Shown piece after piece: positions 1 through 9,249 of a stretch of 64,000 nucleotides of DNA. The stretch is from Myxococcota bacterium (lineage in GTDB: Bacteria; Myxococcota_A; UBA9160; UBA6930): NCBI GenBank assembly GCA_965223705.1, contig OZ245015.1, forward strand, positions 736,001 through 800,000, given 5' to 3'. Made by a program: the position numbers and the translations under genes. The notes under the pieces are model-generated. The model saw only the letters and a list, made by a program, of their open reading frames with translations. It did no database searches and had not been told where the DNA came from. Position 1 is the first letter of the stretch, and every line of letters starts with the position of its first letter.

Positions 1-2
1 AC

Positions 3-1577
3 GCGGAGTACGCCGATGAGGTGGCGCGGGTGGCGGACCGCTTTCGGCCGCTCGTCCGCCGTTGCCGCGAGCTGGGACGCGCCCTTCGCATTGGAACGAA
101 CCACGGTTCGTTGTCCGACCGCATTCTCAACCGCTACGGCGACACCCCCCGCGGCATGGTCGAAAGCGCGATCGAGTTTCTCGAGGTGTGCGAGGACGAA
201 GGCTTCTACGACGTCGTCTTCAGCATGAAGGCGAGCAACCCGCTGGTGGCGGTCCACGCGTACCGCGCACTCGCCGCGAGGCTCGAAGAGCGCGCTCCCG
301 GCGCGCCTCGGTATCCCTTCCACGTCGGTGTCACCGAAGCCGGAGACGGCGAAGACGGGCGCGTGAAGAGCGCCATCGGCATCGGTGCGCTGCTTCAGGA
401 CGGCCTCGGCGAGACGGTGCGAGTGTCCCTGACCGAGGATCCCGTTCGCGAAATTCCGGTCGCGCGGGCCCTGGCGGACCTCTATCCGCTGCCGAACGCG
501 GGTTCGTCGGTTCCCGTTTGCGACTACGTCGCCGACCGCACCGAGTATCGCAGGCGCGTCTCCGACGTGACGCGACCGTCCCTGCCGGTCGGGGGTGACG
601 CTCCGGTGCGCGTCGAGCTCGCCTCGGGCCTTTTTCCCGCGGACCCGGACACGTTCGCTCGCGAGCTCGAGCGCGCGGTATACACGACGGGCCTTTCCGC
701 AGAGGGCGTGTTGTTCGAGGCGCCCGCGCCCGGCCAGAAACGCGACGTCGAACGCGCGGAGGCTCGTCTTGCGGAACTCCCCGCTCCGGTTCCGCTGGCC
801 CTACGCGGACGCCCCGAAGAACTCATCGCCTTCGCGGGCGCGGTGCAGCGCTTCGTCGTGCGACTGCGCGGAGCTTCCGACTTGCCCGCGGCGCGGAAAC
901 TCGTCGAAAGCGCCGGCGACGCCGTCGTCGAGTGGTCGTGCGACGATCCCGCGGATCCCGGCACCGAGGTGCTGGCTGCCTTCTCGCCCGCGGGCGCGAC
1001 CTGGATCTCGGCGGCGGGTGTTTCTCCGGTCGGCCCGACGCGTTCCCTCGTCGCCGCGCAACGAGAATCGGGCCTTCGGTGGCCCGTCGTGTTGCGCTGC
1101 GAGCTACCCGCGACGCAACCTTTTGAAAAAGCGCTCCTCGAGGCCTCGGCTCGAGCGGGAAGCCTTCTCTGCGACGGGATCGGAGATCTGCTTTCGCTCG
1201 GAGGCTTCGGCCCTCCGGCGGACGCGTTGCGCGTGGCTTACCGGATCCTCCAGGGCGCGCGACAGCGCACGTCGTGGACGGAGTTTATTTCGTGCCCGTC
1301 CTGCGGGCGGACGCTGTTCGATCTTGAGGAGACGACGGCGAGAGTCAAAGAGAGAACGTCCCACTTACCGGGACTCAAGATCGCCGTCATGGGTTGCGTC
1401 GTGAATGGGCCGGGCGAAATGGCCGACGCGGATTTCGGCTATGTCGGTTCGGGTCACGACAAGGTGAGTCTCTACGTCGGGCAGAACTGCGTGGTGCGCA
1501 ACGTCCCCCAAGCCGAAGCACCCGATCGGCTCGTCGATCTCATCCGAGAAGAGGGTCGCTGGGAAGATCCGAGTTGA
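3..1577 (+). CDS. ispG: HMBPP synthase IspG/GcpE, long form; 5'-truncated by window edge
   Basis: RIGTNHGSLSDRI, FSMKASN, HVGVTEAG, RVSLTEDP motifs; C-terminal SCPSCGR...GCVVNGPGE [4Fe-4S] ligands; frame open to window start. Confidence 0.95.
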   Translation, partial: AEYADEVARVADRFRPLVRRCRELGRALRIGTNHGSLSDRILNRYGDTPRGMVESAIEFLEVCEDEGFYDVVFSMKASNPLVAVHAYRALAARLEERAPGAPRYPFHVGVTEAGDGEDGRVKSAIGIGALLQDGLGETVRVSLTEDPVREIPVARALADLYPLPNAGSSVPVCDYVADRTEYRRRVSDVTRPSLPVGGDAPVRVELASGLFPADPDTFARELERAVYTTGLSAEGVLFEAPAPGQKRDVERAEARLAELPAPVPLALRGRPEELIAFAGAVQRFVVRLRGASDLPAARKLVESAGDAVVEWSCDDPADPGTEVLAAFSPAGATWISAAGVSPVGPTRSLVAAQRESGLRWPVVLRCELPATQPFEKALLEASARAGSLLCDGIGDLLSLGGFGPPADALRVAYRILQGARQRTSWTEFISCPSCGRTLFDLEETTARVKERTSHLPGLKIAVMGCVVNGPGEMADADFGYVGSGHDKVSLYVGQNCVVRNVPQAEAPDRLVDLIREEGRWEDPS

Positions 1578-1590
1578 TGCTCCGCCGGAG

Positions 1591-2097
1591 CTAGCGCCGC
1601 GGCGGGGCCGCCACGTCGGAGCGCTCGTCGCCGAGTTCGCCGCTCGCGATGCGCTGCCCTTCGCGGAGCCAGTCGAGTGCCCGCGAATTCTGCAACCACG
1701 GATGTTCCGGTCCGACCGCCGAGAGCGCGAGCCACAACGCGAGGCCGGCGACCAGGGTTCCTTCCGTCGCGCCCAAGATTCCACCGGCGACGCGGTCGGC
1801 GCCGCCGAGACCAGCGGCGTGAAGGGTTCGCTTGAGCGCTCGTCCCGAGAACCCGATGATGAGCGCCGCGCCAATACCGATGACGAAGCCCGCGCCGATC
1901 ACGCTCAGGCCTTCGCCGGGTCCACCGGGAAATTGGTCGGCAATCGCGCGGCCGACCGGTACACCGAGAAACCGCGCCGCGAAAATGCCGCCGACCAAGG
2001 CGGCGACGGAGAAGACTTCGCGGACCACGCCGATGAATACGCCGCGCATAAGGGCGAGCCCGACGATGAACAGGGCGGCGAGATCGATGGTCTCCAA
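1591..2097 (-). CDS. cvpA: CvpA (colicin V production) family membrane protein
   Basis: ID...RGVFIGVVREVFS and DRVAGGILG motifs, about 4 hydrophobic segments; TTG at 2097 after GGGGAA chosen over ORF-track start 2277. Confidence 0.8.
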   Translation of the reverse strand: METIDLAALFIVGLALMRGVFIGVVREVFSVAALVGGIFAARFLGVPVGRAIADQFPGGPGEGLSVIGAGFVIGIGAALIIGFSGRALKRTLHAAGLGGADRVAGGILGATEGTLVAGLALWLALSAVGPEHPWLQNSRALDWLREGQRIASGELGDERSDVAAPPRR

Positions 2098-2152
2098 TGC
2101 ATTCCCCCAAAATGACCGGCGCGAAATCGTCGAGACGATAACTTCCGCGGGG

Positions 2153-3736
2153 ATGCCCGACATCGCCATCATCGGAGGCGGCCACAACGCGCTCGTGGCG
2201 GCGGGACTGCTCGCGCGGGCCGGCTTCTCGGTCAGCGTGTATGAGCGCCGCGAGCTCGTGGGAGGCGCCTGCGTCACGGAGGAGTGCTGGCCGGGGTTCC
2301 GCGTTTCGCGCGCCGCTTACGTGGCCGGGCTGTTGCGGCCGGCGGTCATCCGAGAGCTCGAACTCGAACGGCACGGGCTTTCCATGCTGGCCCGCCGCCC
2401 CTCGTCGTTTACGCCCCTCGCTGACGGTCGGGCGCTCGTGCTCTCGCCGGAGCCGGGTGTCTCCGAACGCTCCATCGCGCAGTTCTCGCCGGAAGACGCC
2501 CGACGCTACGCCGCCTACGAAAAGCTTCTCGAAGTGTGCGCTTCCCTGGTGGAGCCGCTGCTCGACGCGCCGCCCCCCGATCCGGGGAACCTGAAGCTCG
2601 GCGACACGGCAGCGCTGTTCCGCGTCGCGCGCCGACTCTTCCCCGAGCGCAAACGTCTGTCCGAGGCGCTCGGCGTTTTCCTCGCGCCCGCTTCGGATAC
2701 GCTGCGGCGGTTTTTCGAAAGCGAGCCCCTCCGTTCGACGCTCGCAACCGACGCCGTCATCGGCGCTTTCACGAGCCCTGGAACGCCGGGGAGCGGATAC
2801 GTGCTGCTCCACCACGTGATGGGTGAGACCCATGGTGAGCGGGGGGTGTGGGCTTACGTCCGGGGGGGCATGGGTGGTCTGTCGGAGGCGATCGCCGCAT
2901 CGGCCCGCTCGGCGGGAGCGGAAATCCGAATCGGCACTTCCGTCGACGCAGTGATCGTTCGCGATGGACGCGCGCGCGGCGTAAGGCTCGACACGGGCGA
3001 GGAAGTCGCCGCGCGTTTCGTCCTCTCGGGAACCGATCCCTTTCACACGTTTTGCGAGCTCGTGCCTTCCGAAGCGTTGCCCGAAGATTTCTTGCGCGAG
3101 ATCCACACCCTCGATTTCCGAAGCCCCGTGGCGAAAATCAATCTCGCTCTCGATCGTCTCCCGCGCTTTCTCGCCTCGTCGTCGGACGGCCTGTGCGCGG
3201 AACACGCTGCGACGATTCACCTGGGTGCTTCCGACTTGGAGGATCTTGAGACGAGCTTCGCAGCGGCACAGGCCGGGCGTTTGCCCGACCGTCCGATGAT
3301 TGAAATGACGATTCCGTCATCGGTCGATGATTCGCTGGCGCCGCCGGGAAAACACGTGGCGAGTCTCTTCGTGCAGCACGTGCCGCCGGGTGAGGCGGCT
3401 TGGACCGGCGATCTGCGCGACGTGCTCGCGCAAAAGGTGTTTCGTCTTATCGACGAAGCAGCACCGGGTTTTTCCGACAGCGTGCTGCACCACGAAGTGC
3501 TGGCGCCGCCCGATGTCGCGCGGATCTTTGGTTTGCGCGGCGGCAACATCTTTCAAGGAGCGATGTCCCTCGACCGTTTGCTCTACGCGCGGCCGGTAGC
3601 CGGGTACGCGCGCTACCGGACTCCGGTGGAAGGCCTGTACTTGTGCGGCTCCGCGGCGCATCCGGGCGGCGGCGTGATGGGCGCTTGCGGAAGGAACGCG
3701 GCCCGGGAAGTCATCGCCGACGCCAAGCGCGCTTAG
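2153..3736 (+). CDS. NAD(P)/FAD-dependent oxidoreductase, phytoene dehydrogenase/PYROXD2-like
   Basis: N-terminal IIGGGHNAL Rossmann motif, VGGACVTEE, GGMGGLS, C-terminal LYLCGSAAHPGGGVMGACGRNAA. Confidence 0.85.
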   Translation: MPDIAIIGGGHNALVAAGLLARAGFSVSVYERRELVGGACVTEECWPGFRVSRAAYVAGLLRPAVIRELELERHGLSMLARRPSSFTPLADGRALVLSPEPGVSERSIAQFSPEDARRYAAYEKLLEVCASLVEPLLDAPPPDPGNLKLGDTAALFRVARRLFPERKRLSEALGVFLAPASDTLRRFFESEPLRSTLATDAVIGAFTSPGTPGSGYVLLHHVMGETHGERGVWAYVRGGMGGLSEAIAASARSAGAEIRIGTSVDAVIVRDGRARGVRLDTGEEVAARFVLSGTDPFHTFCELVPSEALPEDFLREIHTLDFRSPVAKINLALDRLPRFLASSSDGLCAEHAATIHLGASDLEDLETSFAAAQAGRLPDRPMIEMTIPSSVDDSLAPPGKHVASLFVQHVPPGEAAWTGDLRDVLAQKVFRLIDEAAPGFSDSVLHHEVLAPPDVARIFGLRGGNIFQGAMSLDRLLYARPVAGYARYRTPVEGLYLCGSAAHPGGGVMGACGRNAAREVIADAKRA

Positions 3737-3738
3737 GT

Positions 3739-4491
3739 TCAGACGGCCCGCGTTTCGCCCTCTTGCTTCACCATGCGTAGGTACATGCGGGCGTCGTCTC
3801 GCGCGGGCTCCGCTTCCGCCACCTGTCGCCAAGCTTCGATCGCTTCGGGCAGTCGGCCCAGGGTGTAGTAGGTGAGGCCGAGCTGAACACGAGCCTCGGC
3901 GTACTGTTCATTGTCTCGGAGGATGCGCGAAAGCTCGGCGATCGCCTGGGTGGGCAAACCGTGCTCGCGCAACGTGACGGCGAGTCGGTAGCGGATATCG
4001 TGAAACTTCGGGCAGCGATCGAGGGCTTTTCGGTAGGCCATGATCGCTTCGCGCAAGTCGCCGACTTCGCGATACGCGTCGCCCACCGCTGCCTGCAAAT
4101 TCGCGAGCTTGCCGCGAGTCGTCGCTTCGAGCGCTCCCGTCGCCGCTTCCTCGGCGAGAAATTCCGAGAGCTCGCGCGAGCGTTCGAAATCCCCCCGTCG
4201 CTCACACAGAGCCGACAGTGCGACCGTCGCTTCGACGTAGCGCGGGTTGATGTCCACGGCGCGTTCCAAGCACGCTGCGGCCGCGTCGAGATCGCCGAGG
4301 CGCTCGTGTACGAGACCGACCATGTAGTGGACATCGGCGTAGCGCGGACACGCTTCGAGGACGCGCCCGAGGCTTTCGAGCGCGCGTTGGTTGTCGCCTT
4401 GGGAGAACGCGAGGCTGCCCGCTTGAAAGGACTCGCGCTCGAGACGGCTCATGCGCGCCGTGGCTCGGGACTGCGGTTGCGTGTCCGCCAC
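3739..4491 (-). CDS. tetratricopeptide repeat protein
   Basis: repeated TPR units (PRYADVHYMVG, PRYVEA, PKFHDIRYRLA, YAEARVQLG). Confidence 0.85.
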   Translation of the reverse strand: MADTQPQSRATARMSRLERESFQAGSLAFSQGDNQRALESLGRVLEACPRYADVHYMVGLVHERLGDLDAAAACLERAVDINPRYVEATVALSALCERRGDFERSRELSEFLAEEAATGALEATTRGKLANLQAAVGDAYREVGDLREAIMAYRKALDRCPKFHDIRYRLAVTLREHGLPTQAIAELSRILRDNEQYAEARVQLGLTYYTLGRLPEAIEAWRQVAEAEPARDDARMYLRMVKQEGETRAV

Positions 4492-4494
4492 GCG

Positions 4495-5286
4495 CTAGTT
4501 CGCCGCGGGGATCGCTTCTTCTGCAGCTTGTGCGACTTCGGTTCCTTCGAAGTTGCGCAGGATGACCTCGAAGATTTCCGTCGCTTCGTCGTCGCGGTTC
4601 ATGCGCTGGTAGCAGACACCGAGTTTGTAGAGGGCGTCGCCATCGAGCCCGAGGCCGGGGTAAGCGTCGAGCACGCGCCGAAAGCGATCGGCGGCGCTTT
4701 GGAATTCCTCGCGCTCCATATAGAAATCGCCGACCTGCATCTCCCGCGTGGCCAACCGCTCGCGGAGCTCCTTCCATAGAGCCTCGGCTTCGACGGATTC
4801 CGGAGCGTCCGGGTAGTGCCGCATCATCACTTCGAGCTGGTTGATCGCTTGCCGTGTCGGGTCTTGATCGCGGCTCGCCTCATAGGTCTGCTCGTATAGA
4901 CAGAGCGCCGAGCGCCAGATCGTGTACGGAACTTTCGGGTGGTCCGGGTGGAGATCCGCGAAATCTCGGTAGTACGACAGGGCCTCCTCGAAGCGGTCGC
5001 GTTCGAAGTAGGAATCCGCGATCTGAAGCTCCGCCAGGATCGCGTAGTCGCTGAAGGGATAGTTGTCGATGATCTCCTGGTACACGTCGATGGCGTCGAG
5101 ATAATCCGCTTCCTTGAAGATCCACGACCGGCGACCCTCTTCGAGAATCGCCGTCGCTTCCTCGTAGAGTTCTTCGGCGGAGAGGACGACGTCTTCGTAC
5201 ACCTCGGCCTCGGGCGGAGAGAGGCACCCGGACAAGAGCCCAACGGCCGCTAACGGTACGAGAATTCTACGGATTTCGTGCATCAT
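4495..5286 (-). CDS. bamD: outer membrane protein assembly lipoprotein BamD
   Basis: lipobox LSGC, YPFSDYAILAEL, HPDHPKVPY, SRDQ, E..VGDFY...AA..RF. Confidence 0.88.
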   Translation of the reverse strand: MMHEIRRILVPLAAVGLLSGCLSPPEAEVYEDVVLSAEELYEEATAILEEGRRSWIFKEADYLDAIDVYQEIIDNYPFSDYAILAELQIADSYFERDRFEEALSYYRDFADLHPDHPKVPYTIWRSALCLYEQTYEASRDQDPTRQAINQLEVMMRHYPDAPESVEAEALWKELRERLATREMQVGDFYMEREEFQSAADRFRRVLDAYPGLGLDGDALYKLGVCYQRMNRDDEATEIFEVILRNFEGTEVAQAAEEAIPAAN

Positions 5287-5421
5287 CGAAGGACCCCAGC
5301 CGGAGGTAGGAACGCCGGAATGATGTCGTACCCCAGCTCGATCCGCGACCCTAACGGATCCTCGAGAAGCGTGTCAATTTGCTACGTTGCGCCGCCGCGT
5401 CCCCTTGATGGAGGTGTCCCC

Positions 5422-5583
5422 ATGACAGATCCCGGTACCGAACAAGAAGCCCCGGTTGAGGAGCAGATGCGCTTCGATCGCCGCCTGGCGCATCGCCCGG
5501 GCTGGCTCCCGAAAGAGAGCCTCGATCAGTACCTGGCCTCCTTGCCCGACGTGGCGGACAAGGCCGCCGAGCCCGAGGAATAG
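5422..5583 (+). CDS. small hypothetical protein (53 aa)
   Basis: GGAGG RBS upstream of ATG 5422; FDRRL...G...LDQYLASLPDVADK pattern; co-oriented with downstream genes. Confidence 0.7.
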   Translation: MTDPGTEQEAPVEEQMRFDRRLAHRPGWLPKESLDQYLASLPDVADKAAEPEE

Positions 5584-5598
5584 CTTCGCCTCCTCTCG

Positions 5599-6216
5599 AT
5601 GATTAAAGAGCGCTGGACCGACCGCGCGGAGGAGCGCCTGAAGAGAACGCCCCTTTTCTCCGCGATGTCGGGAATTTCACCCGATATTCTCACCGGGTTG
5701 GGCGTTCTCGTGTCGCTCGTCGGGGCCTGGGCCTTCGCGATCGGCTGGTTTCTCACCGGCGGCCTGCTCGTCATGTTCGGAGGTTTTTTCGATCTCTTCG
5801 ACGGCGTCGTCGCCCGGCATCGCGGTGAGACCACGACTTTCGGCGGCCTCCTCGATTCCGTCGCCGATCGCCTGGTCGATATCGCGGTCTTCTCGGCCAT
5901 TGGCTTCCACTACGCGACGAGGTCCGAGTTTTTCTGGCTCGCAATCGCGGGGATCGGGCTCGCCGGCAGCGTCCTGGTCTCCTACATCAAAGCGCGTGGG
6001 GAGAACGACGTCCCGGAGCTGGGTGTCGGCTGGTTCGAACGGGGCGAACGCATCGGATTGCTCGTCGCAGGGGGTATCCTGGGGGCGATGCCCGTTGCGC
6101 TTTCCGTTGTCGCCTTGGGATCCTGGTGGACGGCGGGGCAACGGCTGATGCTGGCGAGAGACAAGATGCGCGAACTCGACCGAGCGCGCGAAGGGACGGG
6201 AGGCGACCGGCCATGA
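5599..6216 (+). CDS. CDP-alcohol phosphatidyltransferase (PIP-synthase-like)
   Basis: DLFDGVVAR...GGLLDSVADR signature; SYIKARGE and ERGER motifs. Confidence 0.88.
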   Translation: MIKERWTDRAEERLKRTPLFSAMSGISPDILTGLGVLVSLVGAWAFAIGWFLTGGLLVMFGGFFDLFDGVVARHRGETTTFGGLLDSVADRLVDIAVFSAIGFHYATRSEFFWLAIAGIGLAGSVLVSYIKARGENDVPELGVGWFERGERIGLLVAGGILGAMPVALSVVALGSWWTAGQRLMLARDKMRELDRAREGTGGDRP

Positions 6217-6584
6217 GCGACGAGAGAAAGGACGACCCGGGCTTCACCATCGTCGACAAGCGAGGGCGTGAGGACGAACCCGCCGAGCCCGAAGCGGGGG
6301 CGACACCGGAACCCCCGTCCGGGGCGGGCGCCGAACTCCCGAAACCCGAATTCGGGACGTTCCTGCTGTCTTTGGGCACGTCTGCCTTCTACCACATGGG
6401 CTTGGTGCAAGACCCGGAGACCGGAGAGACCGCCACGCCGAACCTGCCCGTCGCCCGACAGACGATCGATACCCTCGAGCTTCTCCAGGTGAAGACCCAG
6501 GGCAATCTCGATGACGACGAGTCCAAGCTCCTGCAGAACCTCCTGACGGAGCTCCGCATGAGGTTCGTCGACGCGAGCAAGTAG
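6213..6584 (+). CDS. DUF1844 family protein
   Basis: GFTIVDKR, NLPVARQTIDTLELLQVKTQGNL...ELRMRFV; ATGA overlap with upstream gene. Confidence 0.85.
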   Translation: MSDERKDDPGFTIVDKRGREDEPAEPEAGATPEPPSGAGAELPKPEFGTFLLSLGTSAFYHMGLVQDPETGETATPNLPVARQTIDTLELLQVKTQGNLDDDESKLLQNLLTELRMRFVDASK

Positions 6585-7499
6585 ATGGGGCGAGGCGGGC
6601 GGACCTTCACGGCCAGGCAACGAGCGCCCGCCAAGCTCAACTTGGGGCTGCGCGTCACCGGGCGCCGACCCGACGGCTACCACAATCTCGACAGCGTTTT
6701 TGCGCCGATCGCTTTGGCCGACGAGCTCGCGATCGCGGCAGCGCCCGGCACCGGCGTTTCGCTCGCCGTGGAAGCCGGCGGGAATGGCGTTCCGGGAGAC
6801 GAGACGAATCTCGCGGTCCGCGCGGCGCAGGCGTATCTCGGCGAGCGGGGCGAGACGCTCCGATTGCGCATCTCGCTGCGAAAGCGCATTCCCGCGGCAG
6901 CAGGCCTTGGCGGCGGCTCCAGCGACGCTGCGGCCGTCCTGCGCGCCCTGCGGGACGAGTTGGGAGAGCCCGGGGAGCCAGGCCTTCCCACCATCGCGTT
7001 GCGCCTGGGCGCCGACGTCCCGTTTTTCCTACGCCCGGCCCCCGCGCGGGTTCGCGGCATCGGCGAGCGAATCGAGCCCCTGAAGGACTTCCCGCGCCTC
7101 TACGCCGTGTTGGCTCACCCGGGGCAGGCGCTGTCGACGGCCGCCGTGTTCGACGCCTACCGAGGCCGTCCCGGAGCGGGGGAGCCGCCGGGGATCGCTC
7201 CTCTGCGTCGCTTCGCCGTCGACGGCCGCCGCTCGCCCGAGCTCGATGACGCGTTGCGGAACGACCTCGAGCCCATCGCTGAGGACCTGTGCCCAGCGAT
7301 TGCAGCGCTTCGGGCATCGCTGCGTCGCGCCGGCGCTCCGGTCGTCGCGATGTCGGGAAGTGGGCCCACCCTTTACGCGCTATTCAACGGGCTCGATGAA
7401 GCCCGAGGGGTGTTCCGCCGGCTTTCACCGCTTTTGCGCGGTTCCCAGCGCAGTTGGCTCACAGAGACCGTGAGTCCACCGGCCGAGTGCGTTACATAA
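6585..7499 (+). CDS. ispE: 4-diphosphocytidyl-2-C-methyl-D-erythritol kinase
   Basis: [46 protein letters not shown]. Confidence 0.95.
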   Translation: MGRGGRTFTARQRAPAKLNLGLRVTGRRPDGYHNLDSVFAPIALADELAIAAAPGTGVSLAVEAGGNGVPGDETNLAVRAAQAYLGERGETLRLRISLRKRIPAAAGLGGGSSDAAAVLRALRDELGEPGEPGLPTIALRLGADVPFFLRPAPARVRGIGERIEPLKDFPRLYAVLAHPGQALSTAAVFDAYRGRPGAGEPPGIAPLRRFAVDGRRSPELDDALRNDLEPIAEDLCPAIAALRASLRRAGAPVVAMSGSGPTLYALFNGLDEARGVFRRLSPLLRGSQRSWLTETVSPPAECVT

Positions 7500-7520
7500 C
7501 ACTCTCGGGATCAGGGTCGT

Positions 7521-7595
7521 TGGGGCGTCGCCAAATGGTAAGGCAGCGGCCTTTGGAGCCGCCATCTGCAGGTTCGAGTCCTGCCGCCCCAGCCA
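7521..7595 (+). tRNA. tRNA-Gln (anticodon TTG)
   Basis: TGGGGCG acceptor pairing with CGCCCCA, D loop TGGTAA, anticodon arm GCGGC-CTTTGGA-GCCGC, GGTTCGAGTCC T arm, encoded CCA; canonical ispE-tRNA-Gln-prs position. Confidence 0.96.
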
Positions 7596-7623
7596 ATTCT
7601 CGAGCGGTTTTCCGGAGACGGTC

Positions 7624-8562
7624 ATGCAACAAATGAAGCTCTTCACGGGCAATTCGAATCCCGAGCTCGCCGAGCGCGTTTCGGCCTACCTCGATATCGA
7701 AGTGGGAAAGGCCGAAGTCGGCACGTTCAGCGACGGCGAAGTGTGTGTCGAGATCCGCGAAAACGTGCGCGGAATGGATTGTTTCGTCCTGCAGTCGACG
7801 TCGGCGCCGGCAAATACGCACCTGATGGAGCTGCTCATCATGATCGACGCGCTCAGGCGCTCTTCGGCGCGTCGGATCACCGCGGTCATGCCGTACTACG
7901 GGTATGCGAGGCAAGACCGGAAGGTTCAACCGAGGGCGCCGATTACCGCGAAGCTCGTGGCGGATCTCATTTCGGCGGCCGGGACCGATCGCCTCCTGTG
8001 CGTGGATCTCCACGCGGGGCAGATCCAGGGCTTCTTCAACATCCCCGTGGACAATATGTACGCGATGCCGGTTCTGCTTCAGGGCATCCGCGAGCGGGTC
8101 GGCCGCCAAGTCACCGTAATTTCTCCAGACGCCGGAGGCGTCGAGCGCGCCCGGGCCTTCGCGAAGCGCTTGGGAGCTCCGATGGCGATCATCGACAAGC
8201 GACGCGAGCAAGCGAACGTCGCGAAAGTGATGAACATCATCGGCGAAGTGCGCGGCAAGGTCTGCGTGATGGTCGACGACATGGCCGACACGGCTGGAAC
8301 CCTGGCCGAAGGTGCCCGGGGCTTGGTCGAGGCGGGGGCGTCGGAAATTCACGCCGTGTTCACGCATCCGGTATTGTCCGGGCCCGCGGTGAAGCGCATC
8401 GAGGAAGGTCCGTTCGACCAGGTCGTCGTCTGCGACACGATTCCGCTCAGCGAAGAAGCGCAAGCCTGCGACAAGATCAAAGTCGTCTCGATTTCCGCCC
8501 TCTTGGGCGAGGCGATCCGACGTATCAACAACGAAGAGAGCGTGAGCTCTCTGTTCGTTTAG
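7624..8562 (+). CDS. prs: ribose-phosphate pyrophosphokinase
   Basis: [47 protein letters not shown]. Confidence 0.97.
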   Translation: MQQMKLFTGNSNPELAERVSAYLDIEVGKAEVGTFSDGEVCVEIRENVRGMDCFVLQSTSAPANTHLMELLIMIDALRRSSARRITAVMPYYGYARQDRKVQPRAPITAKLVADLISAAGTDRLLCVDLHAGQIQGFFNIPVDNMYAMPVLLQGIRERVGRQVTVISPDAGGVERARAFAKRLGAPMAIIDKRREQANVAKVMNIIGEVRGKVCVMVDDMADTAGTLAEGARGLVEAGASEIHAVFTHPVLSGPAVKRIEEGPFDQVVVCDTIPLSEEAQACDKIKVVSISALLGEAIRRINNEESVSSLFV

Positions 8563-8574
8563 GAAGGCGATCCC

Positions 8575-9240
8575 TTGGGCGAGCACATACTGCAGGCCGA
8601 AACGCGAAACGAAGTCGGGAAGGGCATCGCGCGCCGTTTGCGCCGCGCCGGCAAGATTCCGGCGGTGTTCTACGGACGCGGGCGGGACTCGCGCGCCATT
8701 GCGGTGGATCCGCGCGCGCTCGAGCGCGTGCTCCACTCGAGTGGATCCGGCATGAATACCCTGATCGATCTGTCGATGTCGGGGGATGAGAGCGTCGTGC
8801 TGGTGAAAGACCTGCAACGGGATCCCGTGCGCGGCTCCTACTTGCACGCGGATTTTTACGAAGTAGATCTCAACAAGACGGTCGAAGTCATGGTGCCGAT
8901 CCACTTTACGGGGCGCGCCGTGGGCGTCGAGTACGGCGGTATCGTCGACCACCCGCTGCGCGAGCTCGAGATCACATGCCTCCCCCGCGCGATCCCCGAT
9001 TCCGTCGAGATCGACATCACCGAGCTTCAGATCGGGGATTCCCTACACGTGCGCGATCTCACGGTACCCGACGGCGTGACCATCATGACGGACCTGGATT
9101 TGGCTGTCGCGAACGTCATGGCGCCGGTCGCCGAAGAGGAACCCGAGGTCGAAGAAGAAGTGGCCGAGGGTGCCGAGGCCGCGCCGGCAGCCGCCGACGA
9201 GGGAGAGGACGGCGACAAATCGGAAGGGGCTTCCGACTAG
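8575..9240 (+). CDS. rplY: 50S ribosomal protein bL25/Ctc with acidic tail
   Basis: GKGIARRLRRAGKIPAVFYG, HADFY, Ctc C-domain; TTG start after AGGAAGG. Confidence 0.95.
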   Translation: MGEHILQAETRNEVGKGIARRLRRAGKIPAVFYGRGRDSRAIAVDPRALERVLHSSGSGMNTLIDLSMSGDESVVLVKDLQRDPVRGSYLHADFYEVDLNKTVEVMVPIHFTGRAVGVEYGGIVDHPLRELEITCLPRAIPDSVEIDITELQIGDSLHVRDLTVPDGVTIMTDLDLAVANVMAPVAEEEPEVEEEVAEGAEAAPAAADEGEDGDKSEGASD

Positions 9241-9249
9241 GCGGCCCCC

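Noticed and set aside
7521..7595. tRNA-Gln as an integration site
   Set aside because: No integrase and no duplicated tRNA 3' end seen; the canonical ispE-tRNA-prs order is intact.
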